Counted from the first letter of the whole stretch, positions 1-12,133 are shown. The stretch: DNA of 63,387 nt, filler included, from Folioceros fuciformis (GCA_049999805.1; 24 parts of 24 records of this genome joined end to end with filler, not necessarily neighbours in it), one strand, 5' to 3'. The notes: generated by a model from the sequence alone, not told the origin. Made by a program: numbers and translations.

Positions 1-2726
1 GACCTATGTCCACAGCATCCCTAGGCGGAGCTCTCTATTTCCTAACATTTCTGGACGACTGGAGTAGGTACGCAGTGGTGTACCTGATTAAAGAAAAAAG
101 CCATACCTTGGGTTGCTTCCAGGAGTATGTCCCCTATGCACAAAGGCAGACTGGCGAGACACTGATTGCCCTGCGCAGCGACAACGGCGGTGAATTTACT
201 TCTAATGCATTCAAGGATTATTGCAAGGAGCTGGGGATAGTCAGGCAACTCACCGTACCCTATACTTCCTTGAAAAATCCACTTGCTGAGCTTAGTAATA
301 AGCATCTTCAGGAATTTGCTAAGTCTATGTTAAAACTATCTGGTCTTTCTCGTGATAACTGGGCAGAAGCCATAGCCATTCCAGTTTATGTCCGGAATAG
401 GTTACCCACTAGTGCTTTCTCGGGTGCCACTCCCTTCCAGAGATGAACTAAACATAGGCCCTGAATGAACCACTTAAGGATTTTTGGTTCTTCAGCTTAC
501 GCACATCTGTCAGAACAGCAAAGGGCTAAGTTAGATTACAAAGCCCGCAAATATGTCTTTATTGGCTATACAGAAGGCATAAAGGGCTATAAGTTGTTCG
601 ACCTCTCTACTAGAACAACAACACATGCACGCAGTGTGGAGTTTAACGAGTAGTTGCTTCTAAACTCTGCCATTGGACATACCTCAGCAGCTGAACCCCA
701 ACCTAACTCAAATGATGGCCAAGATGGCATTACAAGTCAGTCAGACAGTCCTCCTCATTTTCCAGTAAATCAGAACCCAGCTGTCCTCCCTTACGTTCCA
801 GCTAACCAGAACCAAACCAGTTCGACCCTACAGCATTCTGATAGTGACATAGAGGAGGAACCCTCAAACTTCCCGGATGACGACTATGAAGGATGCTCGG
901 ATAATGACACAGCTGCACCAGAAACAGACATGAGTCAACCACCTGTGGGAGATGACTCGGTGACAAATGGACTGCATGATAACATACCTGAACCTGAAGA
1001 AGCAGAAGCTCCAAGACGAAGCTCCCGGAGACATACATCATCTCCTGCAGACTAGAAGGAACCAATCCTCTGACCTACCAGTCATTCCTTGTACAAGATG
1101 GAAGTGAGCCGCTGGACCTGGAAGAACCACAATCCTATCAGGAGGCCATCAATTTAGTGGATAAGGAAAAATGGATTGCAGCAATTCAGTTCGAATATCA
1201 GTCCATTATTGATAATAAAACTTGGGTACTGGAAGACTTGCCCCCTAAACGCAAAGCAATCACGTGCAAATGGGTGTTTAAAAAGAAACTTAACTCAGAT
1301 GGCACTATCGCCAGATATAAAGCACGTCTAGTAGCAAGGGGCTACAGCCAGGTAGCAGGACTAGACTATACTGAAACGTTCTCACCTGTTGTACGAGCAA
1401 CATCTGTGCGGACTCTGCTGGCGGTTGCTGCACAACACGATTATGCCATGCAACACATGGATGTGAAGACTGCATTCTTGAATGGCACCCTGGAGGAAAC
1501 TATCTTCATGCGCCAACCTGAAGGGTATGAGGACAAAAATCATCCAAACAAAGTTTGTAAGTTGCTCAAAACCATCTATGGTCTTAAATAATCACCCAGA
1601 GCATGGTTTAAACAAATTGATGCTTACCTTAAGCAGTCAGCCTTCGTCCAGAGTAATGCTGACTCCAATGCAAGACAGTAATGGGGTCTGCTTTCTAGCC
1701 TTGTACGTCGATGATGCTGTGATCATCACAAGCAGCCCAGAACTTATGTCAAAAGTAAACGCCATCTTGACCTCTGAGTTTGCAATGACAGACCTTGGTC
1801 AACTTAAGTTCTTCCTAGGTGTTCAGATCCAGCAGAATTTGTTCAAACATATTGTTTTTATTCACCAAGCCCATTTTGTGCATCAAGTCTTGGCACGGTT
1901 TAGGCTCTAGAATGCATCCCCTGCAGCTACACCCATGGCAGTGGGAGAAAAGTTATCCAGTGAGCAATCACCTAAAACCGAAGAGGAAAGAATGCAAATG
2001 GAGAAGGTTCCGTTCAGACCTGCAGTGGGAGTGCTGATATATTTCCGAAACTGGACAAGGCCAGAGCTGTCTCATGCAGTTGGGGTCACTTCCCAATTCC
2101 TCACAAGCTATGGCCCAGCGCATTGGGCAGCAGTGCAAAGATGCATGCGATATCTAAGTGGCACACCACGGAAAGGACTGCTATACAGACAACATCCGAA
2201 GGCACTCTGCCTAACCTGCTTCTGTGACGCAAACTGGGCGTTAGACATTGACAACAGACGCTCCATCTCTGCTAACTATTTAATGCTAGGGGAGGATGAG
2301 CGGCAAGCCACCATTGTCTCATGGCACAGCAATAAGCAACCAGTTGTGGCTCTCTCATCCACCGAGGCCAAGTACATAGTTGCAACAACAGCAGCTCAAG
2401 ACATTTTGCACGGCAAGGAACTACTGGATTCCCTGGGAGAAACGCAGTCAGCACCTACCTTGCTGCTGAGCGACAACCAATCGGCCATGGCGCTAGCCCA
2501 AAATCCAATCCTTCACTCTAGAACCAAGCATATCGAGATCAAGCACCACTTTATCAGGCAGGTGGTAGCTGAAGGTCAGGCCTCACTGCAGTATGTGTCC
2601 ACGCACGAAAACATAGCAGACTTGCTCACAAAATCACTTCCCCGGGACAAGCACGAAAGATTTGCTGAAGCCATGGGGTTAGTGGAAGATCCGGACGCCG
2701 AAATGTGGCATCACCCACCTAGCTAG
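1..2726 (+). mobile_element. Ty1/Copia pol pseudogene (integrase-RT-RNase H)
   Basis: INT motifs YFLTFLDDWSR, LRSDNGGEF and IKGYKL; RT motifs YKARLVARGYSQ, MDVKTAFLNG and LYVDD; RH motifs FCDANWA and DLLTKSL. Copia domain order INT before RT. Several in-frame stops and a frameshift. Confidence 0.97.
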
Positions 2727-3264
2727 TACTACAACCTGCAGCTACAACAGCATCACGAGGCTTGAAACTTTCTGGTTGCCATCACTGTGGCGCACTTCCA
2801 CCAGGGTTCTGCGCCAGCACACGTCAAGCTGCCAGTCAGGACAAGCTCAAGCGCATGGACAGCCGGAGGACAGCAAAAAAAAAGATCAACACAACAAACT
2901 CACCATATCTAATAATCTGCCTGCCATCTTCTGTGAACTCGCAGCCAGCATACATAAACCGCTCAAGGCAGTTTGGGAGGAAGCACCACGGCGCATCAAC
3001 AACAAGCTATGAAAAAAAACCCTGAGCCAGTCGCCACCTTGAATGCGCTGGTTCAAGCCCGCCTTCCAGCGATCGGAGCTTTGCGAACTCAGCGCACACC
3101 TTGCACGGGCTCGGGAGGCTATGCAGACGGACCATCCACAGCAAAACCAGCAAAAGCAGTGTGGCCGCCACCAGCTCACCCGCAGCCGCCATCTCTAAAA
3201 AACTTAGGGGTTCAAGTTGACTGTGAAGAATCAAGGAGCAAAAAAAGTAACCGGAATACTGGCT

Positions 3265-3646
3265 AAGTGGGAGTGTTAATGTTAGGGTAGCCAACATTAG
3301 TTTTTATTTAAATTATATTAGGCCAAACCCTAAAGGCACTTCATACGAATCGCTAGATTCGTATCGGTGCCGCTAATAGTCGCGTCCTAAAACCTAACCG
3401 ACGCCGTTCATGGGACACCACCCCAATGGTCGTCCTCAAGGCCTTTTAAGCGGCCCACGGCCTAATGCAATTCATTCCTTTGTCTAATCTCTCTGACGAT
3501 CCTAATTAACCTTTACTTCCATTATTGCCACGGCATATGCATTCAGAGTAAGGTTGTCCATAAGACTAGGCTTCATGTTTGTTATGTCATTGTACCATTT
3601 GCATACACTATCTTCTCCTACTTCCATCAAATTTTACACTTCAACA
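3265..3646 (+). repeat. Polypurine tract and 3' LTR of the Copia element
   Basis: PPT AAGTGGGAG (3265-3273) directly followed by TGTTAA at 3274. Likely end ...TTCAACA at 3646. Confidence 0.8.
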
Positions 3647-4044
3647 TCTTTGTGTGAGCTAGGAACCTAAACCAATGGTTTTTTTCTTGCTCAATATTCA
3701 TAAAATAACTTACTACTAGGGCACTCTTCACTAGGGCCCCAAGGGTACTAGGTGGATTCCTTAAGTAGGTGTTTAGTTATTTTCTTAGTTATAATCATTT
3801 TATGGTCAGAACTACCTTTCCTACAAAGGTATGTACTTTTTATTATAAATGGGAGTACTTTTTAATATTGAAAAAGAGATGGAAGGTCCCATCTACTCCA
3901 AAGATTCCAATGGAGGAACAACTGAAGTAGGGCCAAAGGCCAAAAGGGGTACTAGCCCCTTTCGAACATCATTCTCAAAAACTACCTATTGCTCCCAAAA
4001 TGTCATGGTGTGGAATAGCAAAAGGCCTACCTACTATCAGTGCT

Positions 4045-4850
4045 TAAGAAGTCGCTTGACCTACACTTGTTGTTGTTCTAAAAATTGCGTTGGCCAATGC
4101 TCTTTGCAAAGCAATGGATATGTGTTGTCGAAAGAAGGCCACCACATAGGAAAGAGGGAAAACTCAATGCCTATAACTCTAATAAACCTAGGCGCACTCC
4201 TTGCCCATGGCCCTATGAGTCTCAAGAGCAAGGGGGATGAAAATATGCTCGTCTTGTAGGGAAGAATACTTATGGACTTTGGCGCTTGCACAACTCTCTA
4301 CTGCCCATATAGGGGGGTTGATGACAATGTGCTTGTAAATCAAATCCTTAGTGCGATTCATAATAACCACATCAAGGACACAAACTTGTTCCCTCTCCTA
4401 GTGAAAAAAAGGTTGGCTCCAAGTGAAACCTTGTTGCGCAAAGTATATGTTGCTCCCTATACGAAAGAAACCCACACTCTCTAGCCATTGAGAACATGAC
4501 ATCTCAAACTGCATCATGGGTGGCAATGTAGTGCCCCTCAACTAGACAATATGCCAAATGGGACCTTGTATTGACAATGGCAACCCCACAACTACATGTA
4601 GAGAGAGAAAAGGCCAAGGGGTGTGCCAAACCTAAGAGAAATCTCATTGCGGTTGCAAAGGTTGCTGGTGCGATTCGAAACGTGTGGATGCAAGGTCGAG
4701 CCAAAAGCCAAGAGCCCGCTCCTTTACTTGAACAAGAGCAAATACGAGCCGGCAAAGACCAAAAGATTGATGAGTCCGAAAGAAGGCAAGAGTGCTTGGC
4801 CATATTGTATAAAATATCGAGTAGGAGCGAGAGTGCATGAACTCTTGTAG
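4045..4850 (-). mobile_element. Decayed non-LTR retrotransposon C-terminus, CRE-like, with zinc knuckle and restriction-like endonuclease (RLE)
   Basis: Minus-strand peptides ARICSCSSKGAGSWL..P, RFLLGL, CSCG..HLAYC..G..IATHDAV, LDVVI, AKVHKY, FIPLALETH and FFRQHISIALQRALANAI follow the CRE/R2-type RLE pattern. Contains frameshifts and stops. Confidence 0.8.
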
Positions 4851-5003
4851 TTGGATTAAAATGAATGCAATACAAAAAGTGTTTATATACTACGCACATG
4901 ACTGTTCGTGTTCATAGACCTAATCTATATAAACCCAAAACATAAAAGAACCACGTGTTTAGGTTTAACCAGAGATAAGCCTATTCGTAACACCCCCCCC
5001 TTA
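4846..5003 (-). repeat. PPT and LTR start remnant
   Basis: Minus strand reads AAGGGGGGGG then TGTTACG starting at 4992. Left boundary uncertain. Confidence 0.5.
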
Positions 5004-5040
5004 AACTTAACACCCGTATCGATTCCGTCACGCGAAGCCG

Positions 5041-5140
5041 NNNNNNNNNNNNNNNNNNNNNNNNNNNNNNNNNNNNNNNNNNNNTTAATTAATTAANNNN
5101 NNNNNNNNNNNNNNNNNNNNNNNNNNNNNNNNNNNNNNNN
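5041..5140. other. Artificial contig-joining spacer (first of 23)
   Basis: 44 N + TTAATTAATTAA (stops in all six frames) + 44 N. Identical 100-bp spacers start at 5041, 6800, 8234, 10414, 11592, 13373, 16053, 21591, 24207, 26753, 28416, 30046, 31899, 35179, 40013, 42296, 48166, 49901, 53683, 55037, 56662, 58451 and 60746. Confidence 0.99.
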
Positions 5141-6799
5141 CCAAGCACATCTTCGTCGGTTATGGAGATCAGGTGAAAGCATACAAACTGTATTCTCCCT
5201 CCACCCTTCAACTGACATATGCCAAGAGCGTTGTCTTCAATGAAGCTCCTGTCATACAGCGTGCTATGGGAGTTTCAACTGCAATTGGAGACTCGAGCCA
5301 GCAGCCATCACGGGAATTTATCACTACACAACCAGATTCGTTCATGGGAGGAAAAAGTTTGGATTCTCACACATATCCTGATGACGATAATCCCGATGAT
5401 GATGATGACAACCCCGATCCCAGTGCTGGTTTCCAACTACCCACTCCAGGTGTTTCCTCTTGTTTTCAACCGGCCTTCATTGATCACAATTTTGGCTTGT
5501 ATCCCCTTGCCCATGAGCCGGCAGAATATGCCGATGCTGAGGAGGAGTTGCAAGACAGCGCGGCATTGCCACATTTGTCCCTTGCACCCGTGCCCCACGA
5601 ACAGGGAGGCCGTCGCGACGAAGGGCATGCCCCTGTCCTCCCCCTCGACCTAGGACCAGGACGGCATGCAGATGAACACGCTGCTGATCCTCTCAGCGCC
5701 GCGCGTGTGGCAGGAGAATCTGTAGCACCCGGACATGGTAGACAGGGTCCACAGGACATGGGCAAACCAGATCAAAGCTGGAGAGCGTGGGTGCAGCGAC
5801 CCCCACATGAGCAGACGGGGCGCATTGGAAACGAGCTTGGGTCACCACCGGCTGCACTTGCCAGCCCTCACGCTAGGGATTGCGCTGAGCAAACTGCACA
5901 TGACCTCTTTGCGCCGGCACAAGGTGGAACATCCCACTCCGGCATGCAGCAGGATGCAGGCCCGGTCCCTCAACGTCGCCCATCCACACGGGAGCGTCGG
6001 GCTCCCGTTCATTGGTCACCTGAGCCCCCCCATATCTAGATCCCGTATACGTACACAGGCACTTACAGATATTTTGGCAGATACCAGCACTGGAAATTTG
6101 CCCGATTATGCAATTCCTACTGAAGACAATATGGTTGATAATTCCATTAATGCTGATTTTTCTGCTTTTACTAATTCTACTTCAACTGATCCCAAGGCCC
6201 TCCTTGCACATGCTCTACTCACGGTTGATGGTGAACGGGCTACATATCGTGAGGCATTGGATGGACCCAATGGTGCTGAGTGGAAAGCTGCAATAGAAAG
6301 TGAGTATGATTCTTTGCTTGAAAATCATACATGGGATTTAGTACCACTTCCTCTTGGTCGTAAACCCATCTTTAAAAATAAATTAAATGCTGATGGTTCT
6401 ATTGAACGTTATAAAGCTAGGCTAGTTGGTAAGGGCTATAGCCAGGTAGCTAGCGTCGATTACCAAGAGACTTTCTCGCCCGTAGTGAAGACCCAATCCT
6501 TAAGGGTCCTTTTAGCTTTATCCGCAGAGTTGAACTTAGAAATCCTTTAGATGGATGTTTGCACCGCATTCTTGTATGGAGAACTTGAGGAGGAAATATA
6601 TATGCGGCAACCTAAGGGTTATGAAGATGTTAATGCAGGGTTTAGTTTGTAAGCTGCTAAAGTGCCTTTATGGTTTAAAACAAAGTGCTAACAAATGGTT
6701 TTATGAGTGTGATGGTCGTCTTAAGCTTATTGGCTTTACTCAAAGCCAAGCTGATAGTAATGTTTATTATCTAGCTGACGGCTCCAACTTTATCATTTT
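5141..6799 (+). mobile_element. Copia fragment: integrase C-terminus, long acidic spacer, RT N-half
   Basis: VKAYKLY, YREALDGP..EWKAAIESEY, YKARLVGKGYSQ and LYGLKQS, with stops and frameshifts. Confidence 0.95.
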
Positions 6800-6899
6800 N
6801 NNNNNNNNNNNNNNNNNNNNNNNNNNNNNNNNNNNNNNNNNNNTTAATTAATTAANNNNNNNNNNNNNNNNNNNNNNNNNNNNNNNNNNNNNNNNNNNN

Positions 6900-7810
6900 T
6901 CACTTCCACATGTTTGGTCTTCGCATGAAACACTGGATTCTTTGCCAATTGAATAGCACTCTGGCTATCACAATGCAACACTGGCAGCTCAACCTTGATC
7001 CCCAAATCTCCCACTAAATGAGCAAGCCACATGGCTTCCTTGCACGCCTCAGTTGCTACAACATACTCGGCCTCTATGGTAGATAGCGTTATGCACGATT
7101 GCAAACGAGACTGCCATGAAACTGCCCCTCTTGTGCACATGAATACATAACCTGATGTGGACCTCCTTTTGTCCATATCCCCTGCATAATCAGCATCCGT
7201 ATATCCCACGACAGATGCATCTTCACTATCAAAACATATGCACAAAGCTTTTGTACCATTCATGTACCTCATAACTCCTTTCACTGCCTCCCAATGCTTC
7301 TTGCCAGGGTTTAACAGAAACCTGCTAACCACTCCCACTGCAAACGCAATGTCAGGACGTGTAGCAATCATTGCATACATCAAACTCCCCACAGCTAATG
7401 AGTATGGAACCTTCTCCATTTCACCTTTATCCTCCGCAGAATTTGGGCAATCCTTGCTCGAAAGTTTCACAAATGGAGGCATTAGAGTACTCAGAACCTT
7501 CCCCTTCTCCATATTGAAACGTTAAAGCACCTTGTTAATGTATTCTGTCTAAGACAAGTAAAGCAAATGCTTCTCTCTATCTCGACGGATACGCATGCCA
7601 AGAATATGGCTTGCCTCTCCCAAGTCTGTCATGTCAAAGCAACCATTCAACTTTGACTTCAAGGCTGAAATCTCATTACTGTTAGTCCTAGCAATTAGCA
7701 TATCATCCACATAGAGGACCAGAATGAGCAAGCTTCCATCCTTAGCTTGCTTCGTATAGAGGCAATGATCCTCATCGCTACGTTTGTAGCCTTGAGAAAG
7801 CATAAACGAG
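6900..7810 (-). mobile_element. Copia RT-RNase H, Tnt1/Tork-like family A
   Basis: LVLYVDDMLI, VPYSLAVGSLMYAM, GYTDADYAGD and FHAKTKHVEV. Near-identical copies at 16153-17103 and 25940-26589. Confidence 0.95.
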
Positions 7811-7920
7811 TGGAATTTGAAATACCACTCCCTGGAATTTGAAATACCACTCCCTGAAATTTGAAATACCACTCCCTGGAATTTGCAATACCACTCGTTC
7901 GAATTTGAAATACCACTCCC
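7811..7920. repeat. Tandem repeat, 5 x 22 bp
   Basis: Unit TGGAATTTGAAATACCACTCCC, derived from the adjacent RT codons (REWYFKF on the minus strand). Confidence 0.95.
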
Positions 7921-7967
7921 ATACTAAACACATTAGTCTAAGCACATTGGGCTTTAATAACCCTACA
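7921..7967 (-). repeat. 5' stub of the family-A LTR
   Basis: Reverse complement TGTAGGGTTATTAAAGCCCAATGTGCTTAGACTAATGTGTTTAG matches the LTR start at 17146. Confidence 0.85.
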
Positions 7968-8166
7968 GGACAGGTGGGTGAGCACCGTGTAGAGGTCCTT
8001 CGGACATATTTATGTCGTCCTCATCGCTGTCCTCCGTTTGTGCAGGTTGGTGCTCGGAGGGGATGCCCACTGAGGATTGGCCTTGCATGTCTTCGACAAA
8101 TAGAACATCTCGTGAGTGAGTGATCCGATGTGTCTGTGGATGAATGAGCTTGTACCCTTTCACTCC
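7968..8166 (-). mobile_element. Copia integrase C-terminal fragment
   Basis: VKGYKLIHP..RITHSRDVLFVE (GKGY region). Confidence 0.85.
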
Positions 8167-8233
8167 TGTGGAGGCAAAACCCCGGGCACTGATTGCCGAC
8201 GGATTCCACCTTTAGTGGCCACACTTATCCCAC
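8167..8233 (+). repeat. Dispersed LTR-like terminus, family TGTGG
   Basis: TGTGGAGGCAAAACCCCGGGCACTGATTGCCGAC... Copies at 15601, 39927, 39601-39541 (minus) and diverged at about 42580. The clear copies start with TG at a junction with unrelated sequence. Confidence 0.8.
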
Positions 8234-8333
8234 NNNNNNNNNNNNNNNNNNNNNNNNNNNNNNNNNNNNNNNNNNNNTTAATTAATTAANNNNNNNNNNN
8301 NNNNNNNNNNNNNNNNNNNNNNNNNNNNNNNNN

Positions 8334-9023
8334 GTTGGAAGTGCAGTCCACTCAGAAGCTCAGACCACCAAAGCAGCCTTATTTGCGAATCAAGGATTTC
8401 TTTTGCCAAGAGTGATAAGGCATGGTGCTGTCGTGAAAAAACATCGTTTTCACTTGGCCGATTCGATGGTCGTCTTCCCATATTAGAAGCCGTTGGGGTT
8501 AATGGGAATGCTGGTGAACATGTTTTCGGCTGAAGGAGACAGGGTAGTGGATGCCTGCGCAGGATCTGGATCGTTCCTTCAGGCTACTATTCAGAGGGGG
8601 AGGCATGTTGTCGCGATGGACGTCGATATACGATGCACAACATACATGATGCAGAGAGTGAATGGACTTGGATCTTTGCCAGACGGTGATGAAGAGATCA
8701 GCACAAACGCCTTCTCGCATGGGCCCACAAAGTTTTGGGCCAAAGAAGTCTGCGCGGACGGTAGTGTGGATCGACGGATGCAGGTGTACAATTTGCTAGG
8801 GAAGAAAGGTGAAGTTATTACTCACTCGGACGACAGACCAGCGGAAGATCTATATGCGATGACCATTTGGGATGAGAATGGCACGCTTCTGCCTCAAACA
8901 GTGGACGACCCATATTTCTCGGTTCTGGAGGTGGAAGGAGATGACTTCGGCGACACAGAGGGCCAACGCCTAAAAGATGTAGAGATAGTTGTCGGGTTTA
9001 GGGTACATCCAGGACGTACATGA
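8334..9023 (+). pseudogene. Beta-class N4C/N6A DNA methyltransferase, C-terminal part plus unknown tail (copy 3 of the ParB-MTase gene)
   Basis: PY*KPLGLMGMLVNMFSAEGDRVVDACAGSGSFLQATIQRGRHVVAMDVD matches the N6_N4_Mtase (PF01555) pattern P.QKP..L...GD.VLD.F.GSG....A...GR..G.E. Highly similar to 12863-13275. Confidence 0.85.
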
Positions 9024-9141
9024 CTTGATATAGAGACTATTTGAAAGTAGTTGCAGTTTATGGTACAATATGCCTTTATTTAAATTTGACTGGTAAAGGT
9101 TTTTAATTCATAGCATGCACATAGCCAGCTTCTTTTTACTG

Positions 9142-9195
9142 AACCACACTGTTCGGTGCGCCGGTAGACCGGCGCACTCGAAGGAGTGTTCGGTT
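9142..9195. repeat. GC-rich hairpin downstream of the methyltransferase
   Basis: Core GTGCGCCGGT-AG-ACCGGCGCAC (9156-9177) inside a longer imperfect inverted repeat. Confidence 0.85.
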
Positions 9196-9539
9196 TTTGT
9201 ACAAAATTTAATCTGTCTTCTACTTTATGTTTCAGTTGGATTGTGATGTTTTGGTTATTTGTGATTATGTGTGGTGTCCACCACACGTCCAAACAATATG
9301 TTTTTTTAAAAAACAGCTTAAATGTGGATATGTGACTAGGATGATGTAAATTCAAAAGTGCGTTCGTTAGGCGCAGACCATGTTTAGCAAAGATTCTGAA
9401 TAGATTGGTAATCACATTGTGTGTGTGGGCACACATAGGCATTTTGTGGGCAGGCACTGATGCCTATTGGTGACGGAGAGACGTGACCCTTCACAAGAGG
9501 TATGTTCTCTCCTAACTGTCATGCACACTAATTGCTAGC

Positions 9540-9830
9540 CTAACTGGAGCATTCTGAATTCCAATAGTACAAAGTTGTTGACTTTGAGGTCCTTGGATTA
9601 GGTATTGAAAGGCTTGAGACTAACCATAGCATATGTGTTCTTCAAGCACATGATGATTTTGTTTGGATTACTATCTACGTGGATAACCTTTCCTTATCAA
9701 CAACAGTTTGGCAACACTTGCTAGTATCAAAGCTGAGCTGCAAAAGCACTTTAAGACGGTTGACTTGGAGGAGATTAAGCATCTATTTGAAGTTTGGGTT
9801 AGACGAAATCGAGCAACTAGGCAATTAGTT
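9540..9830 (+). mobile_element. Highly decayed Copia RT fragment
   Basis: ITIYVDN and FKTVDLEEIKHL resemble LYVDD and F.M.DLG. Confidence 0.6.
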
Positions 9831-10513
9831 CAACTTGAGAAATGGAGTCAAGAGGAACAGAGGACAACTATATAACAACTTTGAATCACAGGAGATGAGT
9901 GAAACATAGACTAAAGATTGAGGTTGCAATACCTGGTGTACCTTTACTCGACTTAGAGAACCTTGTCAAGGAACACTGGGTGATACAATTGCTGCATCTA
10001 CATCTTTCACTTCGTAATTGCCTTCAGGTAAGGCATTTTGGAATGCTCGCATTGGCTTTGGGACCAAACAAGTAGAGCTCATTCATAGGTGCAAAAATGG
10101 CCCTCCCAATCATGAATAATTGATGTGCGCCTCCTATGTGCAAGCATTCCACAACATGAATCTGAACATGGTATAAGCTTGACAATGAGCACAAAGCCAA
10201 ATTGCTTTAACTAGGCCCTTGATCCCGCTCGCGTTTGTGCCAACTTCACAAAAGCCCTAATCCCTAACCAATATCTAGAAGATGAAAATAGTCAGTTATG
10301 CCTTTATTACAATTTCAAACTAGTTTTATTAATTAAAAAATAATTATCTTAATTTATTAGACTATAACAGCTTCCTTGATAATGTCCATAACCCTCGTAG
10401 TAGACCCAAAACCNNNNNNNNNNNNNNNNNNNNNNNNNNNNNNNNNNNNNNNNNNNNTTAATTAATTAANNNNNNNNNNNNNNNNNNNNNNNNNNNNNNN
10501 NNNNNNNNNNNNN

Positions 10514-11009
10514 CCAATGTCCTGAAAGTCGACACGAAGGGCTTGTACGTTGATGGTAAGCTACTCAACAGCTATATGAGGATCCTTTCGCCGGTCAGTT
10601 TGATGTCCATCGCCTTCATTTGGTCCACCAAGGTCTTCAACTTGTTGACATGTCGTTGAATGGTGTCGCCTTCGGCCATCTTGAAGTTCGCAAGTTGTTG
10701 CTCCAACAACATCGCAGTCACCATACTTTTCTTTTCGTATGTGTTACAGAGGGTGATCCAAGCTTCTCTCGACGTTGCATATTCACTCAACTGATAGAGA
10801 ATGTCGTCTAAGACATTCAACAGGATTGTTGCCAACGCTCATCCATCCTTGTCAAGGTCTATTTTTGTGGGTATATCATTGAGGCCCTTATCGTCGAATT
10901 TTCATACTTTTTTCTCAATGAGAAGGATCTTCGTCTTCAACTTCCACAATGTGAAGTTCTTGCCTTTGAACTTCTCCACTGCATGAGTTTCGAGAAAACG
11001 TGTCTCCAT
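10514..11009 (-). mobile_element. Copia gag fragment
   Basis: METRFLETHAVEKFKGKNFTLWKLK, W..LCNTYEKKS, FKMAEGDTIQRHVNKL and LLSSLPSTYKPFV, with stops. Confidence 0.9.
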
Positions 11010-11127
11010 GCTTCCGTCCTTCGCGGCCAAACAAAATCACGTCCTTGCATCGATAACTATCACCAAGCTCCTCTAACTTGCACAACCTCTTACAGATACA
11101 TAGTTTGTGTAGCCCAGTACACAATGC

Positions 11128-11307
11128 AAAGGAAGCAGAGATAGTCCTACACAAGTGAGTGCCAAGTACTCTAAAGGGAGCAGAGATAGTCCTACACAAG
11201 TGAGTGCCAAGTACTCTAAAGGAAGCAGAGATAGTCCTACACAAGTGAGTGCTAAGTACTCTAAAGGAAGCAGAGATAGTCCTACACAAGTGAGTGCCAA
11301 GTACTCT
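11128..11307. repeat. Tandem repeat, 4 x 45 bp, in a Copia 5' leader
   Basis: Unit AAAGGAAGCAGAGATAGTCCTACACAAGTGAGTGCCAAGTACTCT, near perfect, located between PBS and gag. Confidence 0.97.
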
Positions 11308-11348
11308 TCGCGTCTGTTGAGTCAAGGGACTTGGGATTTAGAACATGG

Positions 11349-11591
11349 GCTTTGATACCATGTTAGAAAAATGGTGAATCCCAAGATAAGCCCGAAGATA
11401 AGCCTCAGCTTAGTACTTCAAGATTGATAGTCCATGCATACATATATAGCCTTCAAGCATGGTTATAACTCGATAAAGGGTAAACATTACCTCGATCGTA
11501 GTTCTATTCTATATACAGCCAAACCTCTCTAATTGGGACGCCCAGGCGTACTCCCTTGAATGTGCTACATGCTAAATGAGAAACCCCTCTA
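11349..11591 (-). mobile_element. PBS (tRNA-iMet) and partial 5' LTR
   Basis: Minus strand ...CTAACA followed by TGGTATCAAAGC (11360-11349). Confidence 0.85.
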
Positions 11592-12133
11592 NNNNNNNNN
11601 NNNNNNNNNNNNNNNNNNNNNNNNNNNNNNNNNNNTTAATTAATTAANNNNNNNNNNNNNNNNNNNNNNNNNNNNNNNNNNNNNNNNNNNNAAATATAAA
11701 TAAAATTCAAGTGAGGGTTGCATTACGCTCCCCAACACAGGTAGCAGGAGGGAGCACAAGCACGAAGAAGCGGGCCAAAGCGAAGAGGAAAGCAGGGGAA
11801 GCTGGCATAGCTTCCAGTAGCACCCCTGTGGCTGATGAGTCCACGAAAAAGGTGACAGCAATGTAGGGCAGGCCTTGGAGGGCTTTTCAAGGAGTCCCCG
11901 CAGGTGCAAAAGGCGAGGAGATGCTGATCGCAGTAACTCAGAAAGTCATCTAGGGAAAGCTCTAGCTGAAGGACATGGACACAGAGGTGGGCAAAAGGAA
12001 GAAGATTCACCTCATACAGCATGCACTCCGGATAGCTCTTAAATGCGCAACCTTTGAAGAAGCTGGGCTGTTATACCCAAGGCATACTGAAGACGCAAAT
12101 TTCCTTGGATTCCAGACGGCCTTTGCAAAAGTG

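Noticed and set aside
5041-5140. TTAATTAATTAA as a biological motif, and ORFs ending in X...LIN
   Set aside because: Fixed-length synthetic linker; ORFs and gene order crossing it are artefacts.
8334-9023. Methyltransferase as a bacterial contaminant or restriction-modification operon
   Set aside because: A sister copy has a predicted spliceosomal intron, copies abut or are cut by LTR elements and show C-to-T decay, and no operon context is visible.
11128-11307. CRISPR-like array (also the 22-bp and 27-bp arrays)
   Set aside because: Units are head-to-tail with no unique spacers, there are no cas genes, and the context is eukaryotic TE sequence.
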